This document shows positions 59,660 to 64,000 of a stretch of 64,000 nucleotides of DNA, piece by piece. Location of the stretch: positions 624,277-688,276 of the forward strand of contig NMRA01000076.1 of the NCBI GenBank assembly GCA_002633005.1, given 5' to 3'. Source of the stretch: Phoronis australis (taxonomy: Eukaryota > Animalia > Phoronida). Both the position numbers and the translations under genes were made by a program. Every line of letters starts with the position of its first letter. The stretch's first letter is position 1. The notes below the pieces were generated by a model. That model was not told the DNA's origin, did not search any database, and was given only the letters and a program-made list of their open reading frames with translations.

Positions 59660-62500
59660 ACATAAAAGCTAATTACTAGGCAAAAATGAAGACCACCTTG
59701 CCTTGAATCTCTCAGGAGCTAATTTATAATTGTCCATTTTTTCCAGGTTGTGGTAATCACATACCTCCTGTAAAAATGACTGAAAATTGGGCTTAGCCTT
59801 TTGCAGTCTATGCCTATGTGAATGAAATTTCGCTAAGCAAATAATTAAGTTTACAACCGCCAATCTACAGGCTGGATCTCCAAACAAGACGGTATACATA
59901 CTTAACTGCAGAGGGAAATCGCACCGATTTATCATCCATGTTTTTAAACATCTCCAAAAACTCTGAACAAGTGAATATTCCCAATACAAAGGTAGAATTG
60001 TTTCTTCGTGTTGCTCACAGAAAGAACATAAAGACAATTTACTAACACCTATTTTCTTTAAGTAAGAGTTTGTACCAATAAGTCTGTGGTTGGTAGGAAA
60101 TTGAAACTATCTGAGTCTGGCATCGGAAGTACAATGATAAATTATAGAATGAATTTTTTCCAAGACTGAGTATCACCGACCAAGTTAATTTCTCTCCCCC
60201 ACTTCAATTCCGCGACAGGTTTTACATACAATTTTGAAATGAATAATTGATAAATTTTCTCCGTCCCTTTGTTTTCCGAGGAGATTCCAAAAATATGTTC
60301 TGGAAAAAACGGTATCACAATAGTACTTTTTGTATCTCAGATGATTCCAGGAACGAAGTGTTGTACTTCGAATTCCACAAAAATGACTAATACAAGGGCA
60401 AAATTGAAAAAGTGCACAAAAGGTATGATAATCATAAATATATCCTTTCTCTGGGTAGCGCATATTAGCCATTTGAAACCAGTCTTCCAAACAATTTGAC
60501 TATTTTCTATACAAATTTTGGGGTTATACAACAAAGGTTGGTACAAAGTGTCATCTATATCACACAAATTGATGAATGCGTATAAAATATAAAATTACCC
60601 TTCCAAAAATATTCTGAATACGATTAGCCACTTGAAAGAAAAAGCAAGACCCTAATTGAAAAGAAAAATTTATATCAGGAATAGTTTCACATAAGATATT
60701 TAGCCAAGGAGAAGTATTGTTATAATAATTTTTAAACAATCTCCGAACGCAAGTCAGTTTAATAGCTTTAATTTTACATGGCAGTTTAAACGAATCCTGT
60801 CCTGTAAGTTGACGGAGAAGGTAATTCCAAGGGATGTGAACTGTGAACTTGCCCATTTTAAATCTTTTTCACAGCAAAGTTGATCACCACAACATATCTT
60901 GGAAACAATCCATATACAAACAGTTTTATCGATATTGGGTGTCAAACCAGAATATTTATCAAATTGATCCAGCAGGTTAAGTGATGATTTTAAAGAGGTC
61001 TCTCAACCATCCAGAAAGAGGACCGTGTCGTTTGCATATTGCATTAATTTATACTCCAAAGAGCCTACTTTTATGCCCTTAACATTGTCACATTTCCTCA
61101 GCATAGATGCAATAATTTCGGCACACAACAAAAAGATAAGGTGACATGGGATCTCCTTGTTTGCAACCTCGGCAAATGCTAAAGTAGTTATACAGTACAG
61201 CCACTGAATTATTAGACTCCGTCCGGGCTACCTCACGCCTAGCCAGACCGGAGCTTAATCGGAACACAGGTGTGACAGAAATCAGTCACGGTCGTCTCAC
61301 GCTTACCTCCGGTTTAGTTAACGCTTACCTCACGCTTTCTTCCCGCCTTCCCTGCTTTTTGTATGCCTACAATGTACATGTACTTGTGTGTCTGCAATAA
61401 AGTTGATACTGTAGTTGTTACTAGTATACTTACTATTATAGTTACTATTAGTATTTCTTTAACCTGTAATATCATTAGTAGTAGCAGTAGTGGTATTATT
61501 ATTTGATAGTCTTCGCACTACTCTTTTCTGCATGCATGCATGCTCGCATTTTACTGCCGTTTGTTAGATGATCTGGGCTTCTTGTTCATATTTCATAGCT
61601 CCACTAGGCCTACGGTGTTTATCTGAATGCAAAGCTACTCATTATAATAAAACATAATCTAAACACGTATTCGTGTCACTTTCAGTGCTGTACATTTTGC
61701 CTCCATTGCTAGCGTACGTATACACGCATAACATAAACACTTCCTTAGTCGCAAAATTATTATTAAATTGTAAGCACTAACTTGAACGAAACAATGATGA
61801 TATATTTAGTCGTAATATACTTGTTCAAGACAAATAAACCCTCTTGGTAGTGTGTCCGGACAAACCTAAATTAAATCTTAAATGGTGTCCTAGTCAAATA
61901 GCGTACTAGTCAAGATGATTCTAGCGATGAGAAACGCCACTCAAAATACGATACAGTATTGTGTTCGCTAAACGAGTGAGGATAGCAATTAAAAACTGTT
62001 CCAGCTGTAGACAAGGCAGGGAAACTCACGCATGGCTCAAGGCGGGCTCGCTCTTCGTTCACGCCTAACTCAAGGTAAGCTCCGGGTTCAGTCACGCTTA
62101 GGCTCACGCCAGCTGTCACGGTTGATTCACGCCTCACTCTCCGGTCTGTCTCCGGTTAAGCTCCGGTCTGGCTAGGCGTGAGGTAGCCTAATAATTCTAA
62201 TAAGTCTAATAATTCAGTGGCTGTACTGTATGTAAAGCCATACTGAATGACCAAAAGTTGGACACTTTCATTGAGTATTGTAAACCAACGAATAATATCG
62301 TCACCAAACTTGAAAGAGTGAAGAATTTTCTTAAGAAATCCCCAGGACACAGAATCAAAAGCTTTTTCGAAATCAATTAACACCAAAAGTCCGGGAATAT
62401 CCTTAACCTGAGTATATTGTAAGATATACATGTAAATCACTCTGGTGTTCTCTTCGATAAAACGACCTTGGAGAAACCCAGTTTGATTAGGATGCATTGT
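59660..62500 (-). pseudogene. L1/Tx1-like LINE ORF2 relic (RT + C-terminal Cys domain), interrupted by a MITE
   Basis: HPNQTGFLQGRFIEENTR..GLLVLIDFEKAFDSVSW, RGCKQGDPMSPYLF, QYANDT (mutated YADD), SGLTPNIDKT, CSFCEQHEETI..FW; several frameshifts. Confidence 0.88.
61193..62228. mobile_element. Tc1/mariner-pogo-type MITE (1036 bp) with TA TSD
   Basis: Perfect 26-bp TIRs CAGTACAGCCACTGAATTATTAGACT, plus an inner inverted block ggctacctcacgcctagccagaccggagcttaa; TA at 61191-92 and 62229-30. Confidence 0.9.
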
Positions 62501-64000
62501 AAAGGCTTATTTGATTTAGCAGTGGTACTCGTTCTAAAAATACAGCCATCAGAACCAAATATTAAGTACACCAATTCACAATTAAAATGGGTTATGTAAA
62601 AACGTAAAATGTCATATATGTATTGCAAGCTGTAACTGAAACTTCAGTCACAATGATAAGGTAAATGGTGTCTTCAGCAGGTTGCATAAAATGTCGTTTG
62701 AAATTAACTTTTGTTTTACTGAGCTGACCTCAACTTTTACCTCTGATTACAACGAAATTAATTATGTCCACTCATGGAAGAGTACAGAGTAACATTAGGC
62801 ATGGAATGTGAGGCGATATGCAAGATATATGTTACAAGAAATCTTTCCACATGTGAAAGAACGTATTCGTAAGAATTATTATGTGTTAAACAATTTGATT
62901 TTGTCGTGCACGCCAGACAATTAGATATAAACGAACAATCTACTTTATTGAAAAAATAGGTGGAAAACTTTCACTGAAGGGAAACATAACTGAATGGAAA
63001 CAAAACAAATCTCTTCTTTTCTACCTAGGGTCTCGTCTTTCAATGCTTATACATTAGCACAAGCTACACGTAACCTTATCTATTAGCCTAGTATACAACT
63101 GCAATATGGTGTGCAACGACATTTTTGTAACAAAACATATAAGTTACGATATTGCAACAAGCATTAGAAGAAATAGTATTATTTGAAAACAGACATACAT
63201 ACCTTAACTTCCCCGTATTCTCTGTGAGCCTATACAATTTACATTATCTCCCTCTCATAGGTTGAACACATACCTTAACTATTAATACAGTTTGCTGTTA
63301 TGTAATTAATTTCTTATGGAGAGCTATGCAAACAGAAAAGTCCATTTCTTCAGATCATTGAGTAATTCAAGAAAGAGCCAAGGTTCCACATCATGGAAAT
63401 CAGCATGCGTTAGCTGGGTTAACTAACAAGCTTGCATCCGTGGAAGTATCCATTTCTGTTCCCGTTTTATGCAGATGAAACTGCATCAAACCTTCAAATA
63501 TCAACAAACGAATGAGAACAGATGACAGCAATAGCGCAGTCTGTAGCACACCCTTGAGAAAGAGCACATCGCTCGATACGTGGGGGTATCTTAATATATT
63601 TTAGTACCGACGCTCGTCATTTTAGTTTTACTAGTTTTACTATTTTATGTTTTTATTCGTCGGAAACTGCACGGCATTGCAACATCTATTTCATTTCAAT
63701 ACTGCCCAGTTAGATTTCTTTCTCGGAGGAATCTAGAAAGTGAAATGAAAGAACGTCCATCTGTTGCAACTTGCAACTACGGCTTTATAAATACCTTGAT
63801 GTAAATGAAGACGGCGAGCACACACTGAACAAGATGGCAGCTATTATGGAAGAGCTTGCCGGGAAAGCTTTTCTCCAAAAGACTCAAACAAAAATTAAAA
63901 GAACATATCGGACGCAACATATCTGTGTCGAGAAAGCTAAAAACAGTATCAATCTACACACTTTTGGACAAAGAGAACGGTAAACTGCGAGCTAATTTCA

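Overview
AT-rich, intron-containing invertebrate animal genomic DNA with an N-gap at 4601-4635 and single-N joins at 36041, 39521 and 41840. The exact taxon cannot be determined from this window. I reconstructed three protein-coding loci by hand from GT-AG junctions. (1) Exon 1 of a MOXD1/DBH-like copper monooxygenase on the minus strand (3329-3607); the rest lies left of the window. (2) A complete 14-exon SLC13 Na+/carboxylate cotransporter on the plus strand (16566-30913, 651 aa). (3) A complete 11-exon MOXD1-like paralog on the plus strand (33178-58866, 624 aa) with all six copper ligands intact. The two monooxygenase paralogs point away from each other and bracket the transporter. Non-coding space is full of nested transposon relics (Gypsy RT, Academ-like, Penelope-like, L1/Tx1-like and CR1/L2-like LINEs, THAP/Kolobok-like) and many MITEs with recognisable TIRs and TSDs. 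The most unusual object is a ~300-bp element in SLC13 intron 1: a tRNA-like Pol III head, a minimal hammerhead-ribozyme motif, and a Penelope-style inverted copy of that motif at its 5' end. It is a candidate Penelope-mobilised ribozyme SINE. Most short ORFs in the supplied track are spurious or are exon/TE fragments.
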